Assembly: GCA_965153285.1 (NCBI GenBank)
Contig: OZ229116.1
Reading direction: 5' to 3' (one strand)
From: Podarcis tiliguerta
Taxonomy: Eukaryota
Length of the DNA: 64,000 bases
This document shows, in pieces, positions 38,695 through 51,656 of the stretch. A program made the translations under genes and the position numbers. The notes beneath the pieces were generated by a model. It ran no database searches and was not told the DNA's origin. It saw nothing but the letters and a program-made list of their open reading frames with translations. Within the stretch, counting starts at the first letter, position 1; the number at the start of each line of letters is the position of its first letter.

Positions 38695-38890
38695 CATGAA
38701 CACAAGAAAAGCCTGCTGGACCAGGCCAATGGCCCATCTAGTCCAGCAGCCTGTTCTCACAGTGGCCAGCCTAGAAGCAGAATCCCAGCGCAAAAGCACT
38801 CTCCCCTCCTGCGATTTCTATCAACTGGTATTCAGACACATTACTGCCTTCCACTGTGGAGGCTCACCGTAGCTAAGCTGATGGCAGCTT
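38695..38890 (-). mobile_element. CR1 LINE 3' UTR fragment
   Basis: agcctgctggaccaggccaatggcccatctagtccagca.cctgttctcacagtggcca; same end at 31.5 and 52.7-52.8 kb on the plus strand. Confidence 0.7.
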
Positions 38891-39025
38891 AGTCTAAGAG
38901 TTGAATATTATGTCTCAGGAAAGTGGACTTCAGCCACAGATAAGCGAAAAACAGTCTTTCTCAAGTGTGGGATTTGATTTGGGAATGCTGTTAAGTTCTC
39001 AAAGAGCCAAAGAACAAGCACTTAC

Positions 39026-39108
39026 CATTTATTTTAAAATGTCCCCCACTGTAGAAGAGACCAGGCTTGGTCTCTTACAAGTGGGCCCCAACATGGTGGC
39101 CAAACCCC
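39026..39108 (-). pseudogene. Candidate exon with in-frame stop (xGFGHHVGAHL*ETKPGLFYSGGHFKIN)
   Basis: Very strong acceptor tttccttcccgttcctccttgctactttag| and ATG|gtaagt donor; all three frames contain a stop. Confidence 0.35.
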
Positions 39109-39829
39109 CTAAAGTAGCAAGGAGGAACGGGAAGGAAATAACAGCCCTGTTCCTAAAAGAAATGTTGCTGCAACTGCGGCAGCTGAAGAAATATTAATCA
39201 GATGATTGAGTGCCATCTACTACACCATAGAAGTGTGTATTTCAGCTCTACCAAAGAGAGAGTGAGAGAGAGAGAGTAAATCTTTAGACTAGAACAACCA
39301 GCATGGAAATCAAATATAAAGGCTAATGTGAGCAAATATGGATTCAAGCTGGATGATATAGAAACCCGTGGTCCCTGTCAGAACCTCTGGATACACTGGG
39401 TCCTGGAGTCTTCAGAAGGGGATGGGGGTGGGTTCTGAGTTAGGGGATCACAATCTTGGCACTTCACACACACTGATATTGAGAGAATGCACAGGATGCT
39501 GTTTCTCAAGTCTCCTAATAATGCCAAACCTCAGTGCATATCGGTGTGCTTCACACATTATGTTACCAGGGAAGAGCTGCTTAGATGTGTGAGAGACATG
39601 AAAAACTTTCATACAATGCTTTTCTAGTTATGCTTTTACAAGATCTCAGTGAAGACATTCTGTGATGCCAACAATATCTGAGATCTGCTGATGAGACACT
39701 CCAGCAGGCAAAAGTTCCCTATGGGCGGAGATGCCAACTGTGTGAGTCTGAGGGTGGGATCACTCAGTCAGCTGTTAATCATAAAAACATAGTTTAAAAG
39801 TTGTATTTTTAGGACATAAATCTAGAGCA

Positions 39830-40315
39830 AACAGGAAGATTAATTGCAGATTCAATCTGGCATCTGTTAAACAGTACTAGGCACAGTAAGAGCAATAATC
39901 ATCCTTTGGCTACTACAGCATTCAATGCTACAAAGCGTTCGACTGTTTGGAATGGCCCTACCTTCTTCAATCGTCACTTAAGAATCAAACGGAAAAGAGA
40001 TTGTTAAGCATCAGCTTTACTAGTCCACAACAGTAGTTGGTCAAACAAATATTTTAGATTTAGAATTTATAATACTGCATCATAGAACAAACTGTGGTGT
40101 TTGCTATCATCTCTCATTTTTATTTTATATGTAGAACTAAAAGTGCAAGATTTAAGAGCCAATGACAATATATAAGGCTATGAACTTGATGGAATGAGAC
40201 ATCCAAATGTGTAATGCTATCCAGCCAGGCAGAGTCTCTCCTACTTATGTTACAAGAAATTAATTTATTTGGGGATATAGCTGGCCCTCAAATTAATTAT
40301 AGTAAATCAGAATCT
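39830..40315 (+). pseudogene. Ancient L1-clade reverse transcriptase fragment
   Basis: GRLIADSIWHLLN...KAFDCLEWPYL...INYSKSE motifs, heavily disrupted. Confidence 0.75.
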
Positions 40316-41534
40316 TTAGACATAAATAATGGTCCAAGATTACAATCGCAAATTAATACATCTACAACAAGTAACAATTTTCTTTAAATTTTTCAAGTAT
40401 ATAGAGATCTATATTTCAAGGAACTGAAATAAATTACAGAAATTAAATCATGCAATAATTTCCCTTATAGTAATGAGGAGAACCACGAAGTACACTAAAA
40501 ATTTGTTTGCCTTGAATGTCCCTCTGCTGTGCAGAACAGCTCCATTCTGATAGTTTAGCTTCCCACTTCTATTATTATTACATGTTCTTCTAATACCACT
40601 TAAAAGAACAACTCAGAAGAGCAGGGAAAAATATTTTTATTACTTCATCTAGTGAAATAAACAACCAAAACCGTCCTATAATTTCTTATGCGGGAAAACT
40701 TAGCGGGATGGTTTTTTCCCCAACTTCCAGCTATACTGTAACTCATTTCCCTTAAAGCAAATTGCCATATTTATGGTGCAAGACTCCAATAAATTGTGGG
40801 TGGAAATAAACACTATAAAGCTTTGCCTTTTCTCCATAAGGAAATGGAAACACGTGTGAAACACTTTCCTTTCCTGTACCTACAAAGTTTGGAGTAAATG
40901 GCAAAGGAATGGGCACTGTATTCTTCATTCTTAACTCCAGTTAATTCCTTCTTTAAGGAATGGGGAAACTATTCACTGAATGGGTTTGATGATTCACTGA
41001 CAATTAATTTAAAATGTCATCGATCCAAGGCATGTATCTGCAGCATCAACGTGTTGTACAGGTGCATAGGAGCGAACACCACTGGGCCATGGGGACTTGG
41101 GCACCCACATTAATAAAATTGTGAGGGCCGGGCATCCACAAAGTGAATGAGAAAAGCTGGCAGGCGGCAGCAGTGCTGCCTCTGAGAGAGAAGCAGTTCA
41201 GCTCCACCTTCTGCAGCCAGCCAGCAAGGCATCCTTTTCTGGGGATGGGGGGTTGTCTCGGACGTGGAGGCAAAGTCTCTCTGCATCAGAGTCCAGGCCC
41301 CACCCTGTGGAAAGAGGTGCCTTTGTGACTGTGGAGAGGAGAAGAGGAGCCCCTGCCACCACAACACAGTCATGAGACATCACACACACGCACACACACA
41401 CCCTGCATGTAGTACGTGAGATGTCACACACAGTATGTGTAGGCATGTACGTGTGATGTTGAATGTGCGCGTTTCAGTGGTGGACACCCACAATCCTGAG
41501 GGTGAAATGGCACCCCTGTCCAGATGGCATTTTT

Positions 41535-41848
41535 CCGGGCAGCCCGGAAATGATCTCTTTCAGATTCTGCCTTCTGGAAGACGGTACAGGGTTATAAAGT
41601 CTAGGAACAGTCGCCTGAGAAACAGTTTCTATCCAAATGCGATTTTGGTTTTAAACACAGTGTAAGGTTGTCTCTATGTGAGTATATTATATTCAGTTAT
41701 GGGGTATCAGAGTTTTAGGGGGCTAACCAGGCAGGGATAGCTGGGATAGCAGGCTTGTTGGTTTTTGAATGTCTGATGCAGATTTTTTCAATTCGTTGTT
41801 CTGTATGGGACAATGACAATAAAGATTATCATATCATATTGTATCATC
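41535..41848 (+). mobile_element. Rex1/Babar LINE 3' end
   Basis: PGNDLFQILPSGRRYRVIKSRNSRLRNSFYPNAILVLN, then caatgacaataaag and (tatca)n tail. Confidence 0.82.
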
Positions 41849-41906
41849 AGCTTCACAACGTGATTCAGAGCTCAAGTTGTTCTGAAAGCAATGTTTGACT
41901 GGATAA

Positions 41907-42113
41907 CAGGGGTTCCCAAACTGTGGTCTGTGGACCACCAGTGGTCCTTGAGCTTCACTCAGGTGGCCCATGGTGTGTCTGGAAAAAATACAATTAAAAA
42001 TCATGCAACATCTAGCCCAGCTACAAAAGCCAAAGGAAATATTTAGTGGTTTGCCAAGGAACCATCAGCAATTTTCAAGTGGTCCAGGGGGAAAGCATTT
42101 TGTGGAACCACTG
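41907..42113. mobile_element. hAT-type MITE
   Basis: CAGGGGTTCCCAAAC...TGTGGAACCACTG termini. Confidence 0.65.
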
Positions 42114-42941
42114 CTTTCGGAAGGGACATTGCTTGTACATTATAAACACCATCAGTTAATTGAAAAGTGGGATGACTAAAGAGATATTGGGGATTACAGA
42201 GGATGTTGACTTAACTATCTGCTTAAGCCTCCTAATTATATTGTGCAGTTTACCTGTATCTTCCATTCCACATTGTAGGCGATTTGTTTTGCTGAGGTTG
42301 TCATTGATCAACCAGTTAATCTTTTCATTTGCATGCCATCAGGAAAAATGGACAAATAGAAAAAGTCTCTGAATGTCCTTTAGAAGATAGGAATCCAGTT
42401 TGTGTTTCTAAAAAAAAAAAAGGCCTGTACATTTGTTGCCAAAGTGCTGAAATGTTTCTGGGTCAATTTGGAACATCTGTTCCTGATTTAATGTTTTGCT
42501 TTCAATTATTTTAAATATGTTTTACCTGAAAATGATTTGTTTTAAAGGGTGAAGGGTGGTGGAGATTTTTATCTCTGTGAATGACAGCACTTCATCAGTG
42601 CAATCAGGAAATCCCCCCTGTCTGCTCCCTCCTTGACTTTTAAAGAAATAGCAGATATAAAACTGGATTGGAATTTTGAGAATGGAGGGAACAAAAACAT
42701 GCAGTTCTAATGACTTTCACATATTTGGCTTTCTCTTGGTTGATTGATTTCCACTACAAGTCACACCATATTATGCAACAGAAGAGCCATAGTATGATAG
42801 TATCAAATATATATATTTATTTATTTGATGCCATTTAGAAATCGTTTCTGATAAAATATTTCTAAGCAATTAAAGCAATTAAAAACAATTCAACGTGTAA
42901 AATGTAGTTGCAGTGAGTCTTTGAAATTTGGTAAGTGTCAA

Positions 42942-43310
42942 CTAGGAATGGGGAAGAAATTAGATTTAGCTCATATTTGAAGCAAATCTATCCAATTTTC
43001 ACTGTACAAACTTGAACCAAAAGAGAACTTCAAATCTTGAAGAATAGCCATGCGAATTTTGCAATGTAGTTCTCCAACCAAACAACATTTACAAAGCTGC
43101 ATACAGTAAGAGGAAGCATGTGCAAAAATTAATATATTAGTAAAAATAACATTAAAATAAAGTGGGGGAGAAAGCCTGCAAAAATGTGTACAACCGCATG
43201 CAAAAATCTGTTAGGCGAATGGCTGATGAATTTTCATGATGATCTTTTTTTTTAAGAGGATTTTGCAAACTGCTGCAGAAATGTAAAGAACTGAATTTAA
43301 AATTGGGAAA
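42942..43310. mobile_element. Copy of the TAGGGATG-ended DNA transposon-like repeat
   Basis: Similarity to 1618-2103 and 56785-57227. Confidence 0.55.
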
Positions 43311-46274
43311 TTCCCCAAACTTTGGGCCAAACTGTAGATGATGACAGCAGTTTTATGCATTTAAACCCAGAACCACACCAAACACGAAGAAGCAAAAGCA
43401 TGTGAATGAGGAGTATGAGACTTCCCCCTGACTTACCTATGACTTACCTCTCTACAGCTTCCTTCCCCCAGCACACTTTCCTTCAGTCAAGATCTGATAT
43501 GAGAAACGGCATCTAACCTGCTGAGATGCTAGTGGAACAGCCATGCCCCATCCTGTGAGCTATCTGTTGTATTTGTAAGTACCTTGTTCTTTAAAGAACC
43601 TGCTTCAATGCAGAGCTTGTGCAAACCCAGTGCCAACTGAATTTAGCTTGATCCATCCATCCCTAGAATGGTGGGTAGAGAAAGCAGGGCTAGCTCCAAA
43701 TTTACAGAGATTGTGGACAAAGTGTCCTCTGATGTCCCCCCCTTAGGCTTACTTGGCATTTGGAGGGTGGCTGTAGTACTTCAAGAGTGGCCAGGAGCTG
43801 CCATTTTGATTTCTCAACTTGCCTCAGAATTTCCAGATTGTAGTGTCACTCCAGTGGATTGTGGGACGTTAGAATGGAAGGTTGCAGACCAAGTTGCCTG
43901 ATGTGGAGGGCCTGGGGCAAGTGTCAGAGCTGGTGGGACCTGCTGGGGTGCTGAGGCCCCAAGCAACTTCCCTAAGAGGCTAGGTGCTGACTCTAAACCT
44001 GGGAAAGAGAGTAGTCACCTTTCCCCCCATCTATTCAGCTCTCAACTCAAAATCATCCTCCCATACCCTCCAACATGTTGGGTCCCAAAACCAGAACGTG
44101 CATCTTCCAGTCTGTGCTCCCATGAGAGATCATGAGAGGCTGTGCTCTCATGAGCCCCAAAATGTGTGTTTTCGGGTGCTGCAAGAGATTGCGTGCCCTC
44201 CTAAGTGTTTTTTTCAGGGTGACATCTCGGTGCAAAACCATGCAAGATCACAGCACCCAAAATGGCCACTGTGCTCTTGCAGGAAAACATGAGATGTCCC
44301 AGCTTCTTTGGTAACATTGCGGGGTATGAGCTGCTTTTCCAAGCTGCTTTTGCACCCATGGGAGAAAGATACAGGGTCTCTGTGGTTTCCACATTTTTTC
44401 CAACCTTCTTGTGAAAAATGCAGCATAGGCAAGATGAATTGAGCTGGGAATCAACCAGATGAGAAAGAGTTAGGCAGCCTCTTTCCTCCCACCCTATCTC
44501 TGCCCAGACTCGAGCCTGCTCAGGCTTTTTTCTTTTTTTATTGAGTAGAGCACTAAACCAAGGTCTGTGATAGTTTTTTTTTTTTTTTTAAAGGAATTTA
44601 ATTATACATTATAGACAATGAGGAAAGATGTACAGTGCCAAAGCTTACACACCGCACAATACTTTTCTCTTAATGGGCAAAACATGCCTTAGCTGACCCA
44701 AGATCATTCTGACTGAAACTCAAGATATACTGTTAGTTTTTCTGTCTCCCCAATTTGTCTCTCCTCTCCTGTTTTCTCCATCAGTAAAAGCCATGAGCTA
44801 TTTGAAAAGTTCTGGCACCTCTGTTAAATTGTGAACAACATGGAAATGATTAACTTCTGAGCCACTAAACTAGAAACACTCTCGTGTACACATACCCTAG
44901 GAACGAAACAGGTCATATGCTGGCCAAATTCTTTTGACTGTGTGTCAGGGTGGGGGGTGGGGTTGAGACAGTGTGAATTAAAAAATATAAAGGGTACAAT
45001 TGGAATATTTAGGGTTTGTGCCATAGCTCCTTTTGTGCTCATGCCTTTATTCTTTCCCACCACCACCAACCCTTAGTAAACAACCTCAAGTGACTTTGTT
45101 AAATATTAAGAAGCCCTGCTATCTATTAATGTTATCAAGCACGAGAAACATGTCTGATGGATTTATTCTGCTGTAAAGGAACCATGTCTCTCCTGGGATT
45201 GTACTCCAGCTGTTTAAACTATAATTCCATCACTGGAAGGAGTGGTTGAGGCTGACCTCTACGTAATGTACTCATTGCTGCTCAGCCTGTAAATTGTAAA
45301 TGAAACCTTTTGTAATAATGTTAAAATATGCATGCAGTGGAATGAAAGCACCAGAGGTCAGCAGCACAGTCTCTCCATGGGGTCGCTGTATGCTCAGAGC
45401 AGCTGTCGGATGCTCAGCAACAATAATATATATATATATATACCTAGAGGTTGATTATTGGATTGGGTATGCACGCTGCTGGGCTAGATGGATCTTAATG
45501 TTGAGAAGCCTTCCATTCTAGTGCTGGGGGTTTCTTTTTGCTTCGTTCTCTTGATATGAACTAAGATGCTTAATTTTACTTTCTGTGGGGGTGGTTTCTC
45601 CATACTTCTCAACATAGAATCATTTAAATTTTATTGTGTACTTTATACCTTCAGTCTTCCTGTACCAATTTGCCTGCAATTCCATCCACATTCTGGCCTG
45701 GTTCAGGCATCATGAGAAACCATGGTTTCCATGGTGAGCACTGGACTTTACCACTCCCCCTTTTATCTCCTCATTTATTTATACTCACAAGGAGGAGGTT
45801 GGATGCTTTCACTTACTGATTTTAAAGAGCCATGTGATTTGAAAGAAACATTCACGTTTTCTGTGATGTCAATACTCAGGGAACTGTGGTTTGTTTAAGC
45901 GGTGGTTTACAAAGAAGCCAGGATCTGACACCATGGCCAGAGTTTGGACGTTATGGGGAACTCTGTTTAGCTTAAAGTCAGATGCAAACCTTTCCAATCT
46001 CATCTTTTGCTGTATGAAAAAGTGGACGAGGGTATGGACAAGTGCACAGCCTGTGGCTCAGCCTGTCTCATTCACTTAGGCCCCATCTGCGCTATAGATT
46101 TAAGGCACTTATGATACTGCTTGAAACAGTGCTGGCCTTCCCTGTAGTTTGTTAACGGTGCTAAGAGTTGTTAAGGGATCCCATTCACATCATAGAGCTA
46201 CAATTCTCCAAGTTCTCTGCATGGAAGGATTGATTGTTAAACCATTCTGGGAACTGTAGTGGCACAGGGCTTTC

Positions 46275-46716
46275 TGTTAGGATTCTTGCTCCGTGTTTGC
46301 AGTCATGAAATTGTTGTCTATCACATGATGGTGTATGTTTTCATTCTACAATGTGGGAAGTGACGGAGACAGGATGTTTTGATATTACTGTGTTCCGTGA
46401 AGTGGGACTATTGTCCTTTGTTTTTTCTCTCTCTGCTGTCTGATGAGAAAGAGGAAGGAGCTAAGTCAGAATGCTCTGAGTGTATTATATGTAAATAAAA
46501 TAGATTAGCCAAAATGCTGTGCTACTGAGTTGTTATGCAAACTGCAAACATTCTGCGGGTCCTTAAGTGTGCTAATGTCTTTTAGTATCAGTCGCTGTGA
46601 TCTTGGGCTGGAGAAAGCTTTTGAAGCTCCCGAACGAACGACCAGGAGGGGGAGAACATGCCAGTCAGACATGTGTCTCTACCAGGGTCCTACATGCGAG
46701 TAGGACGATCCTAACA
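46275..46716 (+). mobile_element. Solo LTR (442 bp)
   Basis: TGTTAGGAT...ATCCTAACA 9-bp terminal inverted repeat, 5-bp TSD CTTTC, AATAAA near 46494. Confidence 0.9.
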
Positions 46717-46896
46717 CTTTCGTTCTTCAGCTCGCCTGGGCTGGCTCTTGCTTGCTTGCCAGCCTGTCTGTCTGGGCTGGCCAGCCAGCCGCCTGCTGTT
46801 ATCTCAACATATTGCGGTTCATGTGGCCACCTATTGGTAGCCACACGAACAACAGTGTGATGACATCCTTAACATTTTAATTATTTGAATCCATAC

Positions 46897-47047
46897 CTGC
46901 ATCCTCTCTCAGGATGTGTGTGTTTCCTCTTTTTGCCAATACATAAGTGGCCACCCCATCAGCATATATTCCTTCTGTTTCCTGCCAACTAGTTAATCCC
47001 AGGCCCTGTTTAGTGGTCTTGTTTCCAGTTGTGGTAACACAATATCT
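46897..47047 (-). CDS. Candidate exon, phase 0-1 (RYCVTTTGNKTTKQGLGLTSWQETEGIYADGVATYVLAKRGNTHILREDA)
   Basis: tattccgtattctttacttgcag| acceptor, CAG|gtatgg donor, 151 bp, only one frame open. Confidence 0.45.
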
Positions 47048-48009
47048 CTGCAAGTAAAGAATACGGAATATCTCACACTTGCACTCCACATCTGCCAAGA
47101 TTTTAAGCTCCATCATCAACCACAAATTACTTTCTATACTAACCAGAGTTGTTCCATGGAATTCAGAAGGATTGCTGACATGAGCAGAGTTTACTTATGG
47201 CTAAGGTATCCAATACTGGTGCTATGCAAGGAGTATAAATGCTACTAGATGGAACATAATCTTCAGGGAACTCGAAGTAGGTTAATGCCATGACTGGCTC
47301 ATTCCATGGACCATTTAACCAGAGTACCTGGAATTGTGCAGCCATCACTGAACTGCCAGGGACACAAAGTAATCACAGCTGCAATTATGAACATTTACAC
47401 TTGAATTCTGTTACCTTTGCTACCGATACGGGTCTTGAATCAAGTAGTTCAGAAAGCCAAGGACATCTCATGAACAAGCTGGCAGCTTTTTTTCAATAGT
47501 TAATCACTTCACTTAGAGTTTACAGGGAAACTTACAAAACCTCTTCATTCCTCACAATCAATGTGCATGAAGACAAAAATCACTTTTCTGTCCATCCCAA
47601 TTTATATGATACATGGATTTTCCTGAAAGCTACAGCACCAGCTTCAGAAGCCGCTAGTTCCTTACCTGCCTTTTCATAACAACAAAATATTTCTTTAATG
47701 GTCTTTCTCCCTTCTTTCTATTTCCCTATTCATAAAATCATAGAACTGTAGAGTTGGAAGGGACCCAAACAGACATCTAGTCCAATTCCTTGCAATGCAG
47801 GAATCATAGCTATTCAGCTTTAGTCATTTCATGTTATTGTCCCTGGTATCAGAAATTCATTTCTCTGTTACCTTTTTGCTTCAATTAATTAAATAAAAAA
47901 TATTTAAACCCTTTCTTTTTGAATTTATTTTTTAAAAAACAAAAAACTTCTGTACTTTCACTCTCCTTCACTTATTTTACTACTATTAATTAATTAATAT
48001 TTTAATAAT

Positions 48010-48382
48010 AATTTTTATTGCATTTTCAATTTTATCATAATCACAGTTTCCGTACATAGTTCAATAAGCTCAAACATTGCTCTCACCGAACATCGACCTC
48101 CTCCCGCCCCTTTTTCTGACTTCCATACATAATTACATTATTCTTAGCATTTCTATAGCCACTTTCTTACCTTCTCTCTTATTTTTGTATTTCCCCTCAT
48201 TAAATGTAAATCAGTTCCTTATATTCTCATTACAAAACATTTCAACTCAAACCTACAAATGTTTTCAGATGTTTACACTGTTCTTTCATATATAATATAA
48301 ATTTGCTCCAGTCCTTTTGAAACAGTTCATCATCATGCTGATTCCGGATCTTCCCTGTCAGCTTTGCTAACTCTACGTATTT
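48010..48382 (-). mobile_element. L1-clade LINE 3' end
   Basis: YVELAKLTGKIRNQHDDELFQKDWSKFILY on minus strand, homologous to the 8.4-8.8 kb copy. Confidence 0.75.
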
Positions 48383-48524
48383 AATTAATGAATTAATTAG
48401 ATTTCTATACTACCCTTCGTCCAAGGATCACAGCATGGTATATAATATAAAAACACAAAAATACATACCATAATAACAAACAAAAACAATACCCCCCCCC
48501 CCCGTACACAGAGTTTAAAAGGCT

Positions 48525-48794
48525 GCTCATCTTGCTTTACTGGCCTAGGGAGCCGGCGTACAGCTTCCGGGTCATGTGGCCAGCATGACTGAGCCGCTTC
48601 TGGCGAACCAGAGCAGTGCACGGAAACGCCATTTACCTTCCCACCGGAGTGGTACCTATTTATCTACTTGCACTTTGACATGCTTTTAAACTGCTAGGTT
48701 GGCAGGAGCAGGGACCGAGCAATGGGAGCTCACCCCATCATGGGGATTCGAACCGCCGACCACCTGATCGGCAAGTGGTTTAACCCACAGCGCC
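48525..48794 (-). mobile_element. Sauria SINE internal fragment inside an L2 3' end (about 48395-48861)
   Basis: Near-identical to 26.0-26.28 kb but lacks the tail and the extreme head; L2 sequence resumes on both sides. Confidence 0.85.
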
Positions 48795-48863
48795 ATAGGT
48801 TGTTTAGTTAGACAAAGGCCTGGGAGAAGTGGAATGTTTTTGCCTGGCACTTAAAGATATACC

Positions 48864-49430
48864 ACTTCACTAAGTGACACTGTCATAAAGGATCTGTCTA
48901 CTGATCAAGTGTACAGGTATCAGATCACACAGGCCATAAGAACAGGAAAACTTCCCAAGGATCTGGGCCTTCTTGAAATTAATACAGTGAGCCATTCAAG
49001 GTGGTTAGCAACAAGCTTTATCTCATATGGGTTTCAAAACATCTCCTCAAAGGCAAAACCCTCAGCAACTTAAGATTGATAGTGGAATACATTGTTTGCA
49101 TGTACTACCCCTGCTTGTTCAACATCAAAGTAGAACATCCTTGGGTGGAAGGCCCACACGACTTGTTTCAGCTGTGGCTAGCTGGGTTCAAAGGAAGGCT
49201 GTGGTGGGTGCTGTTTTGTCAACCATCCAGCACTCAGCATGGTATGCATTCAGCAAAATAATAATCCAGACACCCCTGTGCTCAGATGACAATGAGGAGA
49301 GGAGAGCTTGTGTCCAAAACATCATTGACTTGAGGGGCAGAGATGATGACACACTGGAAGATCTTCCTGTATGTCTGAGGAAGACGCATTCCACCCCTGT
49401 TGGAGCTGATAGACTGGTCTGGTGATAACC
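48864..49430 (+). pseudogene. Fossil DNA transposase, hAT-related (hATm-like)
   Basis: Across frameshifts: VIKDLSTDQVY...AIRTGKLPKDL...VSHSRWLAT / LIWVSKHLLKGKTLSNLRLIVEYIVCMYYPCLFNIKVEHPWVEGP / SAWYAFSKIIIQTPLCSDDNEERR...IIDLRG / LLELIDWS. Confidence 0.75.
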
Positions 49431-49441
49431 ATGATGATGAT

Positions 49442-49577
49442 CAGGCACCCCCAAACTTGGCCCTCCAGATGTTTTGGGACTACAGTTCCCATCATCCCTG
49501 ACCACTGGTCCTGTTAGCTAGGGATAATGGGAGTTGTAGTCCCAAAACATCTGGAGAGCCGAATTTGGGGATGCCTG
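49442..49577. mobile_element. Palindromic hAT MITE
   Basis: CAGGCACCCCCAAAC...TTTGGGGATGCCTG, long internal inverted repeat, TSD atgatgat. Confidence 0.85.
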
Positions 49578-49996
49578 ATGATGATGATAATGATGATTTT
49601 TTGTTTATACCCTGCCCATCTGGCTGGGTTTCCCCAGCCACTCTGGGCAGCTTCCAGCAAAATATAAAACATAATAAAATGTCTGACATTAAAAACTTCC
49701 CTGAACAGGGGTATATGAACCTCCTTTGACATGTAAACTTATTACAGCTGAGGTAAACAAGTTAATTGTGCAAGTTCCATAGTGGCCCTGTCATTCTCAG
49801 TCTATATATAGAAGGGTGTGTGAAACAAGTCACCGAGGTAGCAGGCAAAGTGTATACACATGAGAAATTTGAGGGCTACATCTGAGGCCAAGAAGCAAGT
49901 GGGCAGCTGATGTCCCATGAGCGAAAATAAGCTATGGCTTAAAAAAACCTTTCTGCACCAATTTCCTTAAATGTAAAAAAAAAAAAAAAAAGGTTT

Positions 49997-50073
49997 TACT
50001 CAGAGTAGACCCACTAAAATTAATGGGCCTAAGTTAGTCATGGCCATCAATTTCAATGAGTCTACTCTGAGTA
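49997..50073. repeat. Short hairpin (MITE-like) repeat
   Basis: tactcagagtagaccca...tgagtctactctgagta palindrome; relatives at 50390-50465 and 54447-54912. Confidence 0.7.
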
Positions 50074-50601
50074 GGACTAGCATTGGATTCAACCTTTTTA
50101 CCATTTTGTGTATATTATCTCTTACCTCCCAGGCTGTATATTTTTATTGCTTTATTTCATTGTTCCTTGCTCTGGGATCAAAATGTTCAACAACAACAAA
50201 CAACAACAATATACACCTTGCCTACTTTGAAAACCAGCTAAGTGTAGCAAAATCCCTGCACCTCACCCATGAGAATTTCACCATTTTCTCTACACTTTGA
50301 CCATTTTTAATTTCTTTTCTCATTAACGGAAGGGAAATGAGGAGGGGTGCAAGAGACTTTTCCAGAAGACCAGTTGCATCCAATTTTAATCCTACTCAAA
50401 GTAGACCCATTGAAGTTAATAGGCATGGTTAACTTCGGCTCACTAATTTCAATAGGTCTACTCTCAGCATATCTTTCCTGAATATAATCCTTTATTCCTT
50501 TTGGTGCAGTAAAGAGAATGAAGAAAAAAAGAGTTTTGACCAGACATACATATACTAAATTATATTCTGGGAGAGAAAGCATGAATGTATATTCAAATAG
50601 G

Positions 50602-50640
<39 letters not shown>

Positions 50641-50642
50641 TT
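50602..50642. repeat. (CTTT)n microsatellite
   Basis: Direct reading; other microsatellites at about 1970 (GATA), 17242 (CA), 35382 (GA), 51208 (TA), 60029 (TTTG), 63087 (ATT). Confidence 0.95.
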
Positions 50643-51202
50643 CCTTGAAGAAAAAGAAAGTGCCATTCTGTACCAAGAGGCCTTCTGCAGTCCCATGGTT
50701 GTAGGGATGAATGATACCTTGGCACCTGAGATTTGGAACCACACCTGTCTTCCCTCAGAAATGCTAACACCAAAAATATGAATATAAGCATAAAAGAGAT
50801 TCTCGTAGGAGGGGCATGTGAATGGGTGTAAGGATAAGGAAACATCTTTCCTCCCCCCGCCTCCCCACACCTCCAGTCATTAAGACTGGAGGAAAATGCT
50901 TATAGTAATTACGTAAGATTGATTTACAGGCCGAACACCACACACAATTTGTGTAGTCTGGGGTCAGGCGGGCAGCTGCAGAAACCGCTCAGCTAATTAT
51001 GAGAATTCACTGTTCGTTAATAGAATCTCTCTCCACAAACAGCAGCTGTGTGTTTGCTCACGCAGATTATTAATTCTGGCCTTGCCTCAGCTGCAGGTTT
51101 CTGCTGTGTCGAAAGGAGTCTTCTGATAGAAGTGTCAGTTATCACCCATGCAATGCCAAGAGTGAAGGAAAAGAAAGGGAAAATATCTTCTAATCACAGG
51201 TG

Positions 51203-51237
<35 letters not shown>

Positions 51238-51274
51238 TTTTTGCATATACCTCTCTTTCAGCTTCTCACTCCCA

Positions 51275-51406
51275 NNNNNNNNNNNNNNNNNNNNNNNNNN
51301 NNNNNNNNNNNNNNNNNNNNNNNNNNNNNNNNNNNNNNNNNNNNNNNNNNNNNNNNNNNNNNNNNNNNNNNNNNNNNNNNNNNNNNNNNNNNNNNNNNNN
51401 NNNNNN
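51275..51406. other. N-run of 132 bp (probable mask over conserved sequence)
   Basis: Preceded by motif-dense unique sequence and by an acceptor-like ctctctttcag ending at 51261. Confidence 0.5.
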
Positions 51407-51656
51407 TAGCATGCTTGCTTTTAATGATAACCCTTTGATAGTGTAGCATCAGTACATTACTGGAGATCATCAGATATGTAAGTAGATAACATGCTCTGTT
51501 CAATAAACTATCTGCATAATACCTATCGATGAATAACTGTAGTGTTGCATTTTACAATACTGGGAAATACTGTACATGGTCATTGGTGTCCTTGTGTGTA
51601 TCTAATTTTCTAATGTAGTTTTTGTTCCTGTAAGCTGGAACTCCATAAATCTAACT

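Noticed and set aside
43753-43898. Minus-strand AG..GTAAGC exon-like segment
   Set aside because: Stops in all frames, no protein-like reading, adjacent to repeat sequence
50307-50870. 187-aa ORF
   Set aside because: Runs through a (CTTT)n microsatellite and a hairpin repeat; internal exon boundaries ambiguous
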